In this document: one piece after another, positions 38,735-49,924 of the stretch
Layout: each line of letters begins with the position of its first letter
How positions within the stretch are numbered: position 1 is the first letter of the stretch
Origin: Patescibacteria group bacterium
GTDB taxonomy: Bacteria > Patescibacteriota > Patescibacteriia > UBA10025 > JBIOWE01
Length of the DNA stretch: 64,000 nucleotides
Direction of reading: 5' to 3'
Assembly (NCBI GenBank): GCA_044868145.1
Contig: JBIOWE010000004.1
Span: forward strand, 137,395 to 201,394
Notes under the pieces: generated by a model
What the model was told of the DNA's origin: nothing
What the model saw: only the letters and a program-made list of their open reading frames with translations
The model's database searches: none
Program-made: the position numbers and the translations under genes

Positions 38735-40414
38735 TACCTTGTAAAGCGTGACGCTGCCTTGCTGAAACACCTGATGTAAATAACTTTTTTCTTGTGGTTG
38801 AAAGTAGCCGAGCGCTTTCTCAAACGGGCCATACCAGACAAATTGGGTGCCCGCGTTTTTTAAAAACACTTGTTTTTGATCATCTTCATCATTCGTTTTG
38901 AAAAACCATTCCTGAACAAGCAAGTACTTTTGTTCTGCGTGAATGGTTTGATGCCTGTGACCTAAATAAACAGGGCGCGCGACAAATGCGGGAATGCGAT
39001 TGCCCTGGACGAAGCTTGATAGGATAATATCTCCTTCCTGTGTGTTGTTTTTGAGCCATGCATAGGCCGCCAACGATTCATTGATCTCGTAGAAATACGC
39101 GCGGTCGCTTTTTGTATCAATCATCTTCCAAATAATGATGGCGTTGGTTGAAAAGAGTAAGACAGCGAGTACAATGGCAGGCAGGATATGCCAAAAATAT
39201 GGCTTATTTTTGAAGAATTTTAGATATAGAGCGCGCAAACCAAAAGCGGCGAGCAGAACGAGCGCAATGTGCAGCGTGTTCGAATACCGGCGCTGAACCT
39301 GCAAGATCGGTAGATACATAAGAAGCAGTAGTGTACCCGCCCAAGTCAAAAGAAAAAAGTACAACCGGTTATTAAGTTTGTGTGAAAACAACGTGCCGAT
39401 CGCGGCAAAAGCAAACAGCATGCCATACCCGAGAACGTACTTTGTGAGATGCGGGGACATGGTAACGTTTTGTTTGGCCCACAACCCAAGCGCCGGTTCA
39501 GTCAAAAAAGCAATCGCATACCAGATCAGGGGCACGAGCGAGAAAAGAACAACCACGAGTGCGTTTCGAATATAGAATCGTGCCTCTGCGGTCGTGCGGG
39601 ATGGCTCGGTAATGATGCGAGTAAAGAAAAGAAAGAACAGAAACGTATAAATAGTCAGTAGGTCATATGGATGCACAAATCCGAGCACGAGCATTAGTGC
39701 GCCAACATACAGCATTGACTTAATACGCGATTGGTCGAGATGACGAAATAGAAAAAAGAGAATGCCAACAGTCAACAACTGCGCAAGGATAAACAAAGGA
39801 GAGTGCATGAGCGTTAAGAATGTATTTGATTCAGGAATCCATACGTCGGTCGGCAACTGAAGCGTCCGGCTACTATCATTCAAAATACTAAAGTAAGAAA
39901 GATGCGGGTAGAGGAGCAGGAAAAAACCTCCTACTCCGGACGAAAAACATAAAAGAAGAAAGGCTATTCGCCTCCATGCTATCTCACGAAAGAGCTGCGC
40001 AATCAAATAATAGAAAAACCATAAAAATGCGATGCCCGTGAGAATGCGAGAGAGATGGAAAATAATCACCGGGCTTAAGGACATGCTACGCGAAAACACC
40101 CCAAGCACGAACCAAAGCGGATGAAACAATGCGGCATGTTGTGGTTCGCTCGTATACAAATTTTTCACTAAGACGTGGCCTTCACGAGCCTGTTCAATAA
40201 GCGAGAAATACACAGGCATATCCGTGAGTGCAAGTGTATTGATTCCGAGAAAATGATCAGTGTCTGTTTGCTGCACGTACCCCGTAATGTAAGGAAACGA
40301 CGCGAGTATGAGGGTTACAAGTGAAACAAATAAAACAAATCGCCATTCAAATGGCGCAACAGGATTATATACCAAATCGCTGTCCTTGGCTTTTTTATCT
40401 ACTAAAAAATTCAT
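38729..40414 (-). CDS. Polytopic GT-C-like membrane protein
   Basis: D..VY...IEQ, YTSEP, HPYD, GNRIPA...VYLGH; paralog of the next gene. Confidence 0.75.
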   Translation of the reverse strand: MNFLVDKKAKDSDLVYNPVAPFEWRFVLFVSLVTLILASFPYITGYVQQTDTDHFLGINTLALTDMPVYFSLIEQAREGHVLVKNLYTSEPQHAALFHPLWFVLGVFSRSMSLSPVIIFHLSRILTGIAFLWFFYYLIAQLFREIAWRRIAFLLLCFSSGVGGFFLLLYPHLSYFSILNDSSRTLQLPTDVWIPESNTFLTLMHSPLFILAQLLTVGILFFLFRHLDQSRIKSMLYVGALMLVLGFVHPYDLLTIYTFLFFLFFTRIITEPSRTTAEARFYIRNALVVVLFSLVPLIWYAIAFLTEPALGLWAKQNVTMSPHLTKYVLGYGMLFAFAAIGTLFSHKLNNRLYFFLLTWAGTLLLLMYLPILQVQRRYSNTLHIALVLLAAFGLRALYLKFFKNKPYFWHILPAIVLAVLLFSTNAIIIWKMIDTKSDRAYFYEINESLAAYAWLKNNTQEGDIILSSFVQGNRIPAFVARPVYLGHRHQTIHAEQKYLLVQEWFFKTNDEDDQKQVFLKNAGTQFVWYGPFEKALGYFQPQEKSYLHQVFQQGSVTLYKVL

Positions 40415-42048
40415 AGTACGCGAAAGACAGCAATACCCCCGGCATCATATACCTTTTCTAAATATGGTTTTATAAAGGGATTGTATGTTCCAATCGAATG
40501 TTCTCGCTCTCCGTAATAAATATATGTTATGCTGTTTTGTTTTAAGAATTGGTACTTTGCGTCGTCAAGGTTATTATGAAAGAAAAACCGTGTAACTACA
40601 GCGTGTTTGTCTCGCCAATACAGGGTTTGTGGTCCATGTCCAATATACACGGTCCGACCAGTATATGCCGGAAGAAAATTTCCTATTTCCATGCGCGAGA
40701 GAAGGACTGCGTTGTCTGGGGTGTTATCCTTGACCCACGCAAGGGCTGACGCTTCCTGCCCTGTCAGATAGTAAGGGAATTCTTTTTTTGTGGCATACGT
40801 ATAAAGATCCTGGCTAAGGATTTGAAAATTCGTCAGAGGCAGAAAAACAACCAGAAACGCTCCAACGATCGATCCAAGGATGAATACAGTTCTTGGCTGC
40901 ACAATAAAACGATAGCTGATCCAATCCAGAATACGGACAATCCCCCATCCCGCGAGTATTGATACGGGAACGTGCAAACCTTCCACGAGCCGCCGTTGAA
41001 AATCAAGCGGGCTATAGAGGAGCGAAGACGAAACAACGACCCATGTCAGAATGAAAAGCGCTTCTTTTCTTTGCGGCCAGAGCGATGCTCGACCGCCGAT
41101 GAGAGCCAACGGAACAAGCAAACCGAACCCCGCCAAATACATAAGAATACTTGGTGAAGGCAGAAGATTTTGGGATTCCCAGAGCGCGATCGTCGAGTCG
41201 TATGCACGAAGCCAAAAAAGATAGGCGAACGCGGGAAGCGTCAAAAGCCCAAACACGGCAAAATGGAGAAGTACGCGCCAGGGAATGCGCTGCTCCAGAA
41301 TTGCGTGAATAAAAAGATACACGAACAGCACGGCAAACACAGTGGCAGCATTAAATGGATGAAACCATACAAGCAACAAACCCGCCAGACCAGCAAACAC
41401 GCTTGCCCACCATCTACCGGTACGGAATGCAATGAGCATAAGAAGAAAGATGAGGAGAACCATGATCAAGGAAGCCAAAAGGTGCGGCGAATGGTAGATG
41501 GTAAGAAACGTGTTTGACTCCGGCACCCAAAGATCCGTTGGGTAATCGAGAGTGTCGTCGTGGTAAAGGCGGATGAATGGGCCAACGAAAAGACCTATAC
41601 CGGACGAAAATAAAATTACCAAAAACGTGATGATGCGTTGTCGAACGGATCGTAGAAAAAAAGAGAGAAAAAGCATCAACACAATCAAAAAAACAGCAAG
41701 AAGCAGTATGCGCGCTACATGCATGGCAAGCAGATTCGACATGGAAAAAAATTTCGCGAACAAACCAATTGATTCCCATAAAGGATTTGTGTATGCAACT
41801 TTTTGCGGCTCAGTCGTGTACGGGTTCTTCAGCAAAAGCTTTCCCTGTTGCACTTGTTCCATCCACGAAAACCACGCATTGAAATCTCCTGGGGTTAGGT
41901 TACGAATACCCGTGTAGACGCTACCTTCCGGCCGGGTTATATAACCATAAAGATATGGCGCGGACGTTAGTAATACCAGTACGACGTAGCATACAAGTAC
42001 AACGCGCCATTCGCGTTTCGTGATCGATTGGAGTAGCTGTCGGATCAT
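40411..42048 (-). CDS. Polytopic GT-C-like membrane protein
   Basis: YTTEP, DLWVPESNTF, GNFLPA..GR.VYIGH. Confidence 0.75.
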   Translation of the reverse strand: MIRQLLQSITKREWRVVLVCYVVLVLLTSAPYLYGYITRPEGSVYTGIRNLTPGDFNAWFSWMEQVQQGKLLLKNPYTTEPQKVAYTNPLWESIGLFAKFFSMSNLLAMHVARILLLAVFLIVLMLFLSFFLRSVRQRIITFLVILFSSGIGLFVGPFIRLYHDDTLDYPTDLWVPESNTFLTIYHSPHLLASLIMVLLIFLLMLIAFRTGRWWASVFAGLAGLLLVWFHPFNAATVFAVLFVYLFIHAILEQRIPWRVLLHFAVFGLLTLPAFAYLFWLRAYDSTIALWESQNLLPSPSILMYLAGFGLLVPLALIGGRASLWPQRKEALFILTWVVVSSSLLYSPLDFQRRLVEGLHVPVSILAGWGIVRILDWISYRFIVQPRTVFILGSIVGAFLVVFLPLTNFQILSQDLYTYATKKEFPYYLTGQEASALAWVKDNTPDNAVLLSRMEIGNFLPAYTGRTVYIGHGPQTLYWRDKHAVVTRFFFHNNLDDAKYQFLKQNSITYIYYGEREHSIGTYNPFIKPYLEKVYDAGGIAVFRVL

Positions 42049-43250
42049 ATGGGCTGTGGTTGGTTCATCTTCATTTCCAATTGTAGTTTTGTAACGAGTC
42101 GGTACGCAAAGATCGTCAGGAGAAGAATCAGGGCTCCACTTGCAATATAGAGAAGCGGCGTATCTTTGCCTTCACTCAGATTCCATAGAATGGGATATCC
42201 TAGATAGCTGAGGAGGTCATAGGCAATGATAAGCAGCAGGTCATACGAAGAGTCAATGACAAGCGCGAAAAGCGGTATGAACCAAATGAGCCACTGAGGT
42301 GAATAAAAACGAGAAAAGAAAATGAAGACCACGACGGCCAAGGCGCACCAAAGTATCAGACTACGCTTGCTCAAGGGGAACCGCGACATCTTCTTCCAGT
42401 TGATGAGAAAAATGATCGGGACAATAAACTGAGCCAAAAATAACAAGGCAATGGCAAAATAATTTAAGGCGTCCAAATGGTAAAATGTCAGAACATTCTG
42501 CAGAAAATACTGAAAGCTACCAATACCGGCAAGGCGACTACCCTGAGTAAGATACGGAACAAAATACTCATGGCCAAGGGCGAGAATGCCCCCGACCGTA
42601 ATGACGACATGCGTGATGATATAGATACATACGGCGCTTTTCACTTTTACACGGTCCTCCGTTGTTGCGATGGAGCGATACAGGTACACTAAAAAGAATG
42701 GCAGAAAAAGAAGTGTAAACCACTTCACGTAAAAGCTAATTGCAAGGAGAAGAAAAGCGAGCACGAATTTTTTCTTGAACAAGCAAAGGATGCTGGCAAG
42801 CACAAGAACTTCCATCAGAATGTCAAAGCGGCTCAATGTGAAGTATATAAATGCCGGCAAGAAGAATAACCATAATAGTCGAGTGTCTTTTTTTTTATCC
42901 TGAAGTAATCCCTTGAGAAGGAATAAAAACACAATCCACAAAACCGCGTTGCACCAAATAAGGATTGCTTGATAACTGATGGCATTGGTGGCAATGAGGC
43001 TGGGCAAAAGAATATAGAGCGTACCGAGCACAGGGTAACCGGCTAGAACGGCACCCTGTGTCGCCGTGCGGTCTAGAAGAATCAAATAATGATCAAATTC
43101 TGCGTTGTCGCGTAACAGTGCCACACCGCTCAAGGGATCGCCCCTGTGGGTAAAATATTTCCCCGGTGCGTGCTGTACGAGAATCGTGACGACAATCACA
43201 AGGGCGATCATTACAAGAAGTTGCCAATGTCGTTGTATGTATTGCTGCAT
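42045..43250 (-). CDS. GT87-like membrane glycosyltransferase
   Basis: YP, RFD, KWF, SPQW..W motifs. Confidence 0.7.
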   Translation of the reverse strand: MQQYIQRHWQLLVMIALVIVVTILVQHAPGKYFTHRGDPLSGVALLRDNAEFDHYLILLDRTATQGAVLAGYPVLGTLYILLPSLIATNAISYQAILIWCNAVLWIVFLFLLKGLLQDKKKDTRLLWLFFLPAFIYFTLSRFDILMEVLVLASILCLFKKKFVLAFLLLAISFYVKWFTLLFLPFFLVYLYRSIATTEDRVKVKSAVCIYIITHVVITVGGILALGHEYFVPYLTQGSRLAGIGSFQYFLQNVLTFYHLDALNYFAIALLFLAQFIVPIIFLINWKKMSRFPLSKRSLILWCALAVVVFIFFSRFYSPQWLIWFIPLFALVIDSSYDLLLIIAYDLLSYLGYPILWNLSEGKDTPLLYIASGALILLLTIFAYRLVTKLQLEMKMNQPQPI

Positions 43251-43251
43251 A

Positions 43252-44826
43252 CTAATCCTTCACAATATACACAGTAGCCTCATTGTCCTCATACGCTTTC
43301 AGAAAACCTTCGCTGGCCTCAATATTCTGTCGCATCAGGGCGTGGCTTTTTTCAATAAAAACAAAACGAGCATTAAAGAGTCCACGAATGTCCGCGTGCA
43401 GATTCGACGCTTGCTGTCCGGTGGTAATATCAACGACCTTTTTATGGCGGTTCTTGTCCGCCTCGTAGAGGAACGTCGGATCAAGGCCAACGATGTAGGC
43501 GTTATGACTGTTGTAATAAAACAGCATGGGAAATTCGTCCCAGCTCGAGTGAAATACAATCTCGCCTTCGCTGGAATGATCCTTCATCCACTCGCTCGCC
43601 TGCTGGAATCTCGTATAGGGAAACCATCGGCCAAGATCCTGCTTCGTAGCGTGCAAATCGCGCAGGATAATGGTCGGAATGCTCACGAGAAAATACACCG
43701 CAAGCACAGTCGCGAACACTTTTCTTCGAACATAGAACTCGGTGACGGAGCGCCACAGGTTTTTCCAGTCAACAGTGCTCAACGCACGATCCAATGCAAA
43801 CGCGCAAAAAAGCAGCGTGAAGGGAACATAGTATTCGATATATCGCCGAGACTTCAGGGTGAACGCAAAAAAAATGACCGCGAGCAGAAACAGACTGATG
43901 GACTTTACCGTTTGTCGACGCAGAGAAACCACAAACAGAATGAGCGTGATGGAAAGCAAGATCGAAAGCAAAACGGTGCTGGACATAAGTTCAATGAATT
44001 TGTATGGATACCACTCATTGCCAACGCCGATAACATTTTGATAATTCACGATACCTATTTTCACCAGTTGGTTCCAGTAGAACGCAAGGTTTTCTGGAAA
44101 AAAAGGATTAATGACGAGTCCCACAATGGTGCCGCCAAAAACGGAAAAGAGCACTGCCGCAACCTCCGAAGACACCAGTCGGTGCGGAATGCTGTGGTGG
44201 CGCATCCCGGAGCGCTTCCACATGTTACGAAAAAAAACTACGCAGGCATATAGTGCGGCGAACATCGGTAAAACGATAAACCCGCCATATGCCCACACAT
44301 ACAGAAAGGACAAGATAAACAGCCACGCGTATTTTTTACGGAAAATAAAAAAAATGCCCAGGAGTAAAAGCAGGACGGAAACGCTCGGCGCTTTCACGAG
44401 CGCAATGCGAAACGTGAACGGCGTGATCAGAAACAACAAAATACTGAGGGGGTACGCAAAGCGCACGCGCTCTTTTCGTAAAAGCATATAAAACGTTAGG
44501 GCAACTGCGCTGCCAAGAAGCGCAGCAACGAGCTTTGCGCCCACCATTGGCTGCAAAAAAGTGACAAATGGTATGAGCAAGACATGGTAGAGAAAGTGTT
44601 GGTCGATAAAAATATCACGAAGAACCGTGAATGGCAGCCACGGAAAGCCCTTGATGATGCCTTCATCGCGTATGAGCATGGCCATTTTCATATGATAAAA
44701 CGAGTCGGGATCCGCAAATGAATCGTTCGCTAGTAGATACGTGAACAAAACAAACGTAAATAAAAAAAGCGTGAGTGGAATGATCCACTCTTTATGCTCC
44801 AAAACGAATCGATGCGCTCGCCTCAT
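43252..44826 (-). CDS. GT-C-like membrane protein
   Basis: DPDSFYH, FPWLP, EW.P, RYIEY, GLDPTF. Confidence 0.75.
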   Translation of the reverse strand: MRRAHRFVLEHKEWIIPLTLFLFTFVLFTYLLANDSFADPDSFYHMKMAMLIRDEGIIKGFPWLPFTVLRDIFIDQHFLYHVLLIPFVTFLQPMVGAKLVAALLGSAVALTFYMLLRKERVRFAYPLSILLFLITPFTFRIALVKAPSVSVLLLLLGIFFIFRKKYAWLFILSFLYVWAYGGFIVLPMFAALYACVVFFRNMWKRSGMRHHSIPHRLVSSEVAAVLFSVFGGTIVGLVINPFFPENLAFYWNQLVKIGIVNYQNVIGVGNEWYPYKFIELMSSTVLLSILLSITLILFVVSLRRQTVKSISLFLLAVIFFAFTLKSRRYIEYYVPFTLLFCAFALDRALSTVDWKNLWRSVTEFYVRRKVFATVLAVYFLVSIPTIILRDLHATKQDLGRWFPYTRFQQASEWMKDHSSEGEIVFHSSWDEFPMLFYYNSHNAYIVGLDPTFLYEADKNRHKKVVDITTGQQASNLHADIRGLFNARFVFIEKSHALMRQNIEASEGFLKAYEDNEATVYIVKD

Positions 44827-44890
44827 ACCGCCTAGTATACCATGTTTGATTTGGTCGAGAAAAAAGCTGTTGGCGCAATGGACGCTTTCT

Positions 44891-45961
44891 TCATGCGAGT
44901 CGTCGCTTTAAAAAATCGACGGTTGGAATTGGCGTTGGATCAAGGTTATTCAAAATGCCAAGATAAAAACTTGCATAACTTGAAAATGCGAGCGTTTCCA
45001 TCGCTTCGGCAAGTCGCGCACCTTCGCCTACAACGTATGACGCCGTCGAAAATCCTGCTCGATTGATAATCGTCTGCGTTACCTGATAACGCTGGCGAAG
45101 CTTTGCAGCATAGCGCTTGGAAACGAAAAAGAAGAAGCGCGTGCGCGTTCGAAGCTCTTGTGACTTCCGAAGTCCCTCGAGCAAATGGTGATTCATTTCT
45201 GGCATGCTGAAAAACGCTGCGAGCTGTTTACCGTTTTCATTCACCTGGTTCGCAACAATGTGCGCGTTCCCAACAAGGTGATCCGACGCAACGAAAAAAA
45301 TAAAACGATTTTTCGTGTCTTCCGCAAACTGCTTTGCGGGGTTACGACGTATTGGCGTTTGAACATTGAATCGCCGATCCGCGCGCCGAATAGCAGCCAC
45401 CGATTGTGCAAGTTCACGCTTGGTCACGCGCAGGAAACCTGTGCGGTCGAGTAGTCCAAGCGTCCCAACAATACCATATCCAAGGCCCATGCGCGGTGAA
45501 CCGCATGGATTGTGCACGGGATTGAATTGATAGCCAAGCAGTCGCTTCTGCTTCATGAATTGTGCAAGAGCGCCGCCAGAGGTCAGCACGAGAACGCGAG
45601 CACGGCGGGCAATCGCTTGCCGAACTGCATGGAGCGTTTCTTCTGTATTCCCGGAGTAACTTGAGGCGAGATAAAGCGTCTGCGGCCCAACGCTCCCCGG
45701 CAACGTATAGCCGTGGAGGATTTCGAGCGGTATGCGAAGTTCCGTACCGAAAACATCTGACAACAAATGCGCCGGCAATCCCGACCCGCCCATCCCGTGA
45801 ATCACTACATGTTTCAGCTGCTTGTACGCTTTGGGTATACGAATGCTCCGCGTATCGAGCCACGCTTGGGCGCACTGATCCGCAAGCTGCCGAATGGAAT
45901 CGAGCATGCCGGACCGATCAAGGCGACTGACTGATCGCAGATTGTCGAGAATGTTCGTCAT
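44891..45961 (-). CDS. Bifunctional phosphoglucose/phosphomannose isomerase (SIS)
   Basis: GMGGSG, SYSGNTEET, NENGK, PEMNHH. Confidence 0.88.
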   Translation of the reverse strand: MTNILDNLRSVSRLDRSGMLDSIRQLADQCAQAWLDTRSIRIPKAYKQLKHVVIHGMGGSGLPAHLLSDVFGTELRIPLEILHGYTLPGSVGPQTLYLASSYSGNTEETLHAVRQAIARRARVLVLTSGGALAQFMKQKRLLGYQFNPVHNPCGSPRMGLGYGIVGTLGLLDRTGFLRVTKRELAQSVAAIRRADRRFNVQTPIRRNPAKQFAEDTKNRFIFFVASDHLVGNAHIVANQVNENGKQLAAFFSMPEMNHHLLEGLRKSQELRTRTRFFFFVSKRYAAKLRQRYQVTQTIINRAGFSTASYVVGEGARLAEAMETLAFSSYASFYLGILNNLDPTPIPTVDFLKRRLA

Positions 45962-46135
45962 TTTTCTCACTCAAGTATACGATGGTCTCTACACTCGAGC
46001 AAGTAGTGAGCCTTAACCGTTATCACGCTTTTTTTGTATAACCACTCGTTGATTTTTTAACAAAATTGTGTTATAGTAACAACCAGCTTTATCAATCTTT
46101 TTACCATTCTTATCTGTCGGAAAGACGTTTTTGTT

Positions 46136-46870
46136 ATGTCAGGACATTCCAAATGGGCGCAGATCAAACGTCAAAAACACAGTACGGATCAGAAGCGCGG
46201 AAATCTTTTCACAAAATTTGCAAATATCATCGCTATCGCGGCCCGTGAAGGTGGTGGCGACCCCGATACAAACATCAAGCTACGTTTCGCAATTGAGCGG
46301 GCGCGCTCGGCAAACGTACCAAACGATAATATTGAACGGGCGATAAGAAAAGGGACAGGCGACGGTTCTTCGACAAAGATAGAGGAAACCATGTACGAAG
46401 GGTTTGGTCCTGCAGGCAGCGCGTTCCTTGTCGAGGCAATCACCGACAATAAAAATCGGACGTCTGCGGACATACGTAGCATCTTTACAAAATACGGAGG
46501 TCACCTTGGTTCAACCGGCAGCGTCGCTTGGACGTTCGAGCGCAAGGGCGTGATTCGCATCAGCAAAGATGCACTCACCAACTTTACGAATCGCGAGGAA
46601 TTTGAGTTGGCGCTCATTGATGCAGGCGCAGCAGACATACAAACAGAAGAAGAAGGACTCACGATTTTCACCACGCCAGACGCCCTTCAAGCGGTAAAAG
46701 AACATCTACAAACCCTGGGCGTAACGTTCGATTCTGCTGAGCTGGAATACGTCGCGAAGGAACCATTGCTCATACAAGATTCTCATGCGGCGCGTCAGCT
46801 CGAAGCACTCTCAATGGAGCTTGAGGATCACCCTGATATCAATAACTATTACACCAATGCGGCCACTTAA
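46136..46870 (+). CDS. yebC: YebC/PmpR family protein
   Basis: MSGHSKWAQIK, YEGFGP, TDNKNRT. Confidence 0.95.
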   Translation: MSGHSKWAQIKRQKHSTDQKRGNLFTKFANIIAIAAREGGGDPDTNIKLRFAIERARSANVPNDNIERAIRKGTGDGSSTKIEETMYEGFGPAGSAFLVEAITDNKNRTSADIRSIFTKYGGHLGSTGSVAWTFERKGVIRISKDALTNFTNREEFELALIDAGAADIQTEEEGLTIFTTPDALQAVKEHLQTLGVTFDSAELEYVAKEPLLIQDSHAARQLEALSMELEDHPDINNYYTNAAT

Positions 46871-47351
46871 AGGGGCGCTTGTCATCTTGGGTATTGACCC
46901 CGGTCTCGCGCGTACTGGCTACGGGGTTCTCCGCGCGCAAGGCCGAGGAGTTACGTATGTCGCGCATGGGTGCATTACGACCCCGGCGAATCAACCATTT
47001 TCCGCAAGGCTCTATACAATCTTTGACCAGATGCGCGAAGTATTTGAAACGTATAAACCAAGCATACTGGCCATGGAGCGCCTCTTCTTTGCAAAAAATA
47101 TGAAGACGGCGACCAGCGTGGGGCAATCGCAAGGCGTGCTTTTTCTTCTCGCTCATATGTATGGCGCACCAGTGTACGAGTTTACGCCGCCAGCCGTCAA
47201 GATGACCATCACTGGTTCCGGTGCCGCATCAAAAAAACAAATGCAAAAAATGATCAAAACGCTCTTAAAACTTCGTGAAATTCCCAAGCCGGATGATGCG
47301 GCCGACGCACTCGCGGTTGCGTTTTGTTACACGCGCACGAAAAAAGTTTAG
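46857..47351 (+). CDS. ruvC: Holliday junction resolvase
   Basis: ILGIDPG, E.LFF.KN, DDAADALA. Confidence 0.95.
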   Translation: MRPLKGALVILGIDPGLARTGYGVLRAQGRGVTYVAHGCITTPANQPFSARLYTIFDQMREVFETYKPSILAMERLFFAKNMKTATSVGQSQGVLFLLAHMYGAPVYEFTPPAVKMTITGSGAASKKQMQKMIKTLLKLREIPKPDDAADALAVAFCYTRTKKV

Positions 47352-47361
47352 CGCGGTTCCT

Positions 47362-48456
47362 ATGCAGACAAAAAAAATAATAGGTCCAAAAATTCAAAAA
47401 TTGCTCAAGGTGTCCCGCACCGTCATCCAGGACTGTGCGCTGGAAAATGGTGCCATTGTCGCGGCAAACTCCGATAAACCATACTTCCCGAAAGAAGCGT
47501 ACGACTACCGATACGTATGGATACGCGACGCATCGTTTGTGTGTGTAGCCGCGGATATTTTACAAATACCGATTCAGGAACCTTTTTTTTCGTGGCTATA
47601 CAAGAACCCGGAAGACTTTGACTGGGATCATTTATTATACGCGAACTATTCAACCAATGGCCGGGTGGCGACCATGGGTAAGCTTTTTATGGCGGACCAA
47701 ACCGGCACGCTCCTTTGGGCAATCTATCTCCACTACCAACGGAATTTGAAAAAAGCGCTCCAGTATAAAGACCTTGTGAAACGACTTGCTGACGGGCTCA
47801 GCGTCACATGGAATAAACAATTTTTTTCGGTGACCACAGCGGACATTTGGGAGGAGCTTGGCAGAAAAACGTCCATTCGAATGCAAAACAATTTCACCTA
47901 TTCGCTTGCCGCATGCGCTCGCGGGTTGCTGCTCGCAAATGAAATTATGCCCAATCTCCAGTGGAAACAGGCGGCGATGGAAATGATCGACCAAATTAAT
48001 GAAGCATACAATAAACAAGAAAAACGTTTTTATCGAAACGTCGGCAGGCTCGCCGATCCAAACATTGATGCGTCACTCTTGGGCCTGGTCTGGCCGTTTA
48101 GCATCTTCGAGGCGAAGGATGAAAAAATAATAAACACGGTCAAAAAAATGGAGGAGCTAATTGTAATCAGCGGCGGTGTGCATCGATACCAATTTGATTA
48201 CTTTGATAGTGAGGGGTCCGCGCAGGAAGGTGGCGGTGCATGGCCAGTGCTGAACTTTTGGATGACAATTTACTGGGTGCTCGCGGGGAACAAAAAAAAG
48301 GCGCTCACCTATTACCATTGGGTCGTCGACCGAGCGGATAAATTCGGGGGGTTTCTCCCCGAACAGTTTTTCCCAGACTTTCGAGTTGGGATCTACCCGC
48401 TCGCGTGGTCGCATGCGATGTTTGTCATCGCCAGCCACTATCTTGGCTATATTTGA
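47362..48456 (+). CDS. Glycoside hydrolase family 15
   Basis: YRYVWIRD, DIWEE, DASLLGL, LPEQ, PLAWSHA. Confidence 0.88.
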   Translation: MQTKKIIGPKIQKLLKVSRTVIQDCALENGAIVAANSDKPYFPKEAYDYRYVWIRDASFVCVAADILQIPIQEPFFSWLYKNPEDFDWDHLLYANYSTNGRVATMGKLFMADQTGTLLWAIYLHYQRNLKKALQYKDLVKRLADGLSVTWNKQFFSVTTADIWEELGRKTSIRMQNNFTYSLAACARGLLLANEIMPNLQWKQAAMEMIDQINEAYNKQEKRFYRNVGRLADPNIDASLLGLVWPFSIFEAKDEKIINTVKKMEELIVISGGVHRYQFDYFDSEGSAQEGGGAWPVLNFWMTIYWVLAGNKKKALTYYHWVVDRADKFGGFLPEQFFPDFRVGIYPLAWSHAMFVIASHYLGYI

Positions 48457-48461
48457 CGTGA

Positions 48462-49919
48462 ATGAAAAAAACGTATCGCATCGCCCTCGTTGCTTCCGAA
48501 ATTGACCCATACTCAAAATCCGGCGGTCTCGCCGATGTCACGGGCGCGCTCGCAAAAGAGTTGATGCGCCAAGGACATGACGTTATTGTCATCACGCCGT
48601 ACTACGGTTTTATCAAAAAACAAGAAATCCCGATCAAGTCGGACGAGCGGGGTTTTTCGGTACAGATTGGGTACAAACAATACAACTGGGGATTCAAAAC
48701 CGTAACATTGAACGATCGACTGCGGATCCACTTTGTTGCGAATCAAGATTTGTTCGGAAGCCATGCGCGCATGTACGGCTACGAAGATGACGCGCTCCGT
48801 TTTATGATATTCAATCACGCGGCCCTGCGATTGCTCGACGTTCTCGATTATAAACCGGACGTCATTCATTCGCACGATTGGCACGCCGGACTCATTCCGA
48901 ACATCCTTGCGTTCCAGCGAGCCGCGTTTCCAAGTCTGGAAAAAACCGCTACGGTGTTTACCATTCATAATCCATCGTACCAGGGCGGCGGCGACTGGCC
49001 CTTCCGTAAAAGTAAGTTTGCGGACGATGGAAAAGAGCAACCACCGGTAACCGCAAGCGGCATACGTCATATGAATTTCGTCATGCGTGGAATTATCTAC
49101 GCGGACATTCTCAACACCGTGAGTGAACGATACGCACAGGAAATCCTCACGCCCGAATTCGGCATGGGGTTGGAAAAATACCTTTTAAAACGAAAAAGAG
49201 ATTTTTTCGGCATTATTAACGGTATCGATTATGCCGTGTTTAACCCATCATTCGATGAAAATATCCCGGTTCGATACGACTGGAACTCCCTGGGGAAGAA
49301 AAAGAAGAATAAGCTTGCCTTGCAAAAACTTGTCGGCCTTGAGCAAAATGAACAAATTCCGGTTATTGGCGTGGTCAACCGTTTGACCGAACAAAAAGGA
49401 TTCAATCTCATTATGGAATGTATCGGTCCGTTGCTGCGCATGGATTTGCAAATTGTCGTTGTCGGCAGCGGTATGCAAGAGTATGTGAAGTTTTTTACAA
49501 AAGTCGCAAAAGAGAACCCGAAAAAATTCGGATTCTATTCGCCCTTTACGAATGAGATGGCGTCGCGCGTCTACGCGGGTTCCGATATGTTCCTTATGCC
49601 CTCACGATTCGAGCCGTGCGGCATCTCGCAAATGATTAGCTTACGCTACGGCTCCATTCCGATCGTCCATGCGACCGGCGGGCTTTCGGACACCATCAGC
49701 GACTTTAATCCGAAGAAGCAAACCGGCAACGGCTTTGTGTTCAAAACCTTCACGCGCGAAGATTTTATCGTCGCAATTGCGCGCGCGCTTGAATCCTATA
49801 AATACGGTCAAGTGTGGGAATACTTAATATGGCGGGCTATGCAACAATCGTATTCTTGGGAGCTGCCAGCAAAGAAGTACGTGAAGTTGTATCAACTCGC
49901 AATCAAAAAACGGACGTAA
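48462..49919 (+). CDS. glgA: Glycogen synthase
   Basis: KSGGLADV, HDWH, PSRFEPCG. Confidence 0.92.
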   Translation: MKKTYRIALVASEIDPYSKSGGLADVTGALAKELMRQGHDVIVITPYYGFIKKQEIPIKSDERGFSVQIGYKQYNWGFKTVTLNDRLRIHFVANQDLFGSHARMYGYEDDALRFMIFNHAALRLLDVLDYKPDVIHSHDWHAGLIPNILAFQRAAFPSLEKTATVFTIHNPSYQGGGDWPFRKSKFADDGKEQPPVTASGIRHMNFVMRGIIYADILNTVSERYAQEILTPEFGMGLEKYLLKRKRDFFGIINGIDYAVFNPSFDENIPVRYDWNSLGKKKKNKLALQKLVGLEQNEQIPVIGVVNRLTEQKGFNLIMECIGPLLRMDLQIVVVGSGMQEYVKFFTKVAKENPKKFGFYSPFTNEMASRVYAGSDMFLMPSRFEPCGISQMISLRYGSIPIVHATGGLSDTISDFNPKKQTGNGFVFKTFTREDFIVAIARALESYKYGQVWEYLIWRAMQQSYSWELPAKKYVKLYQLAIKKRT

Positions 49920-49924
49920 TCTTT

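Noticed and set aside
43105-44253. 382-aa + strand ORF
   Set aside because: Antisense to a membrane gene; no motifs.
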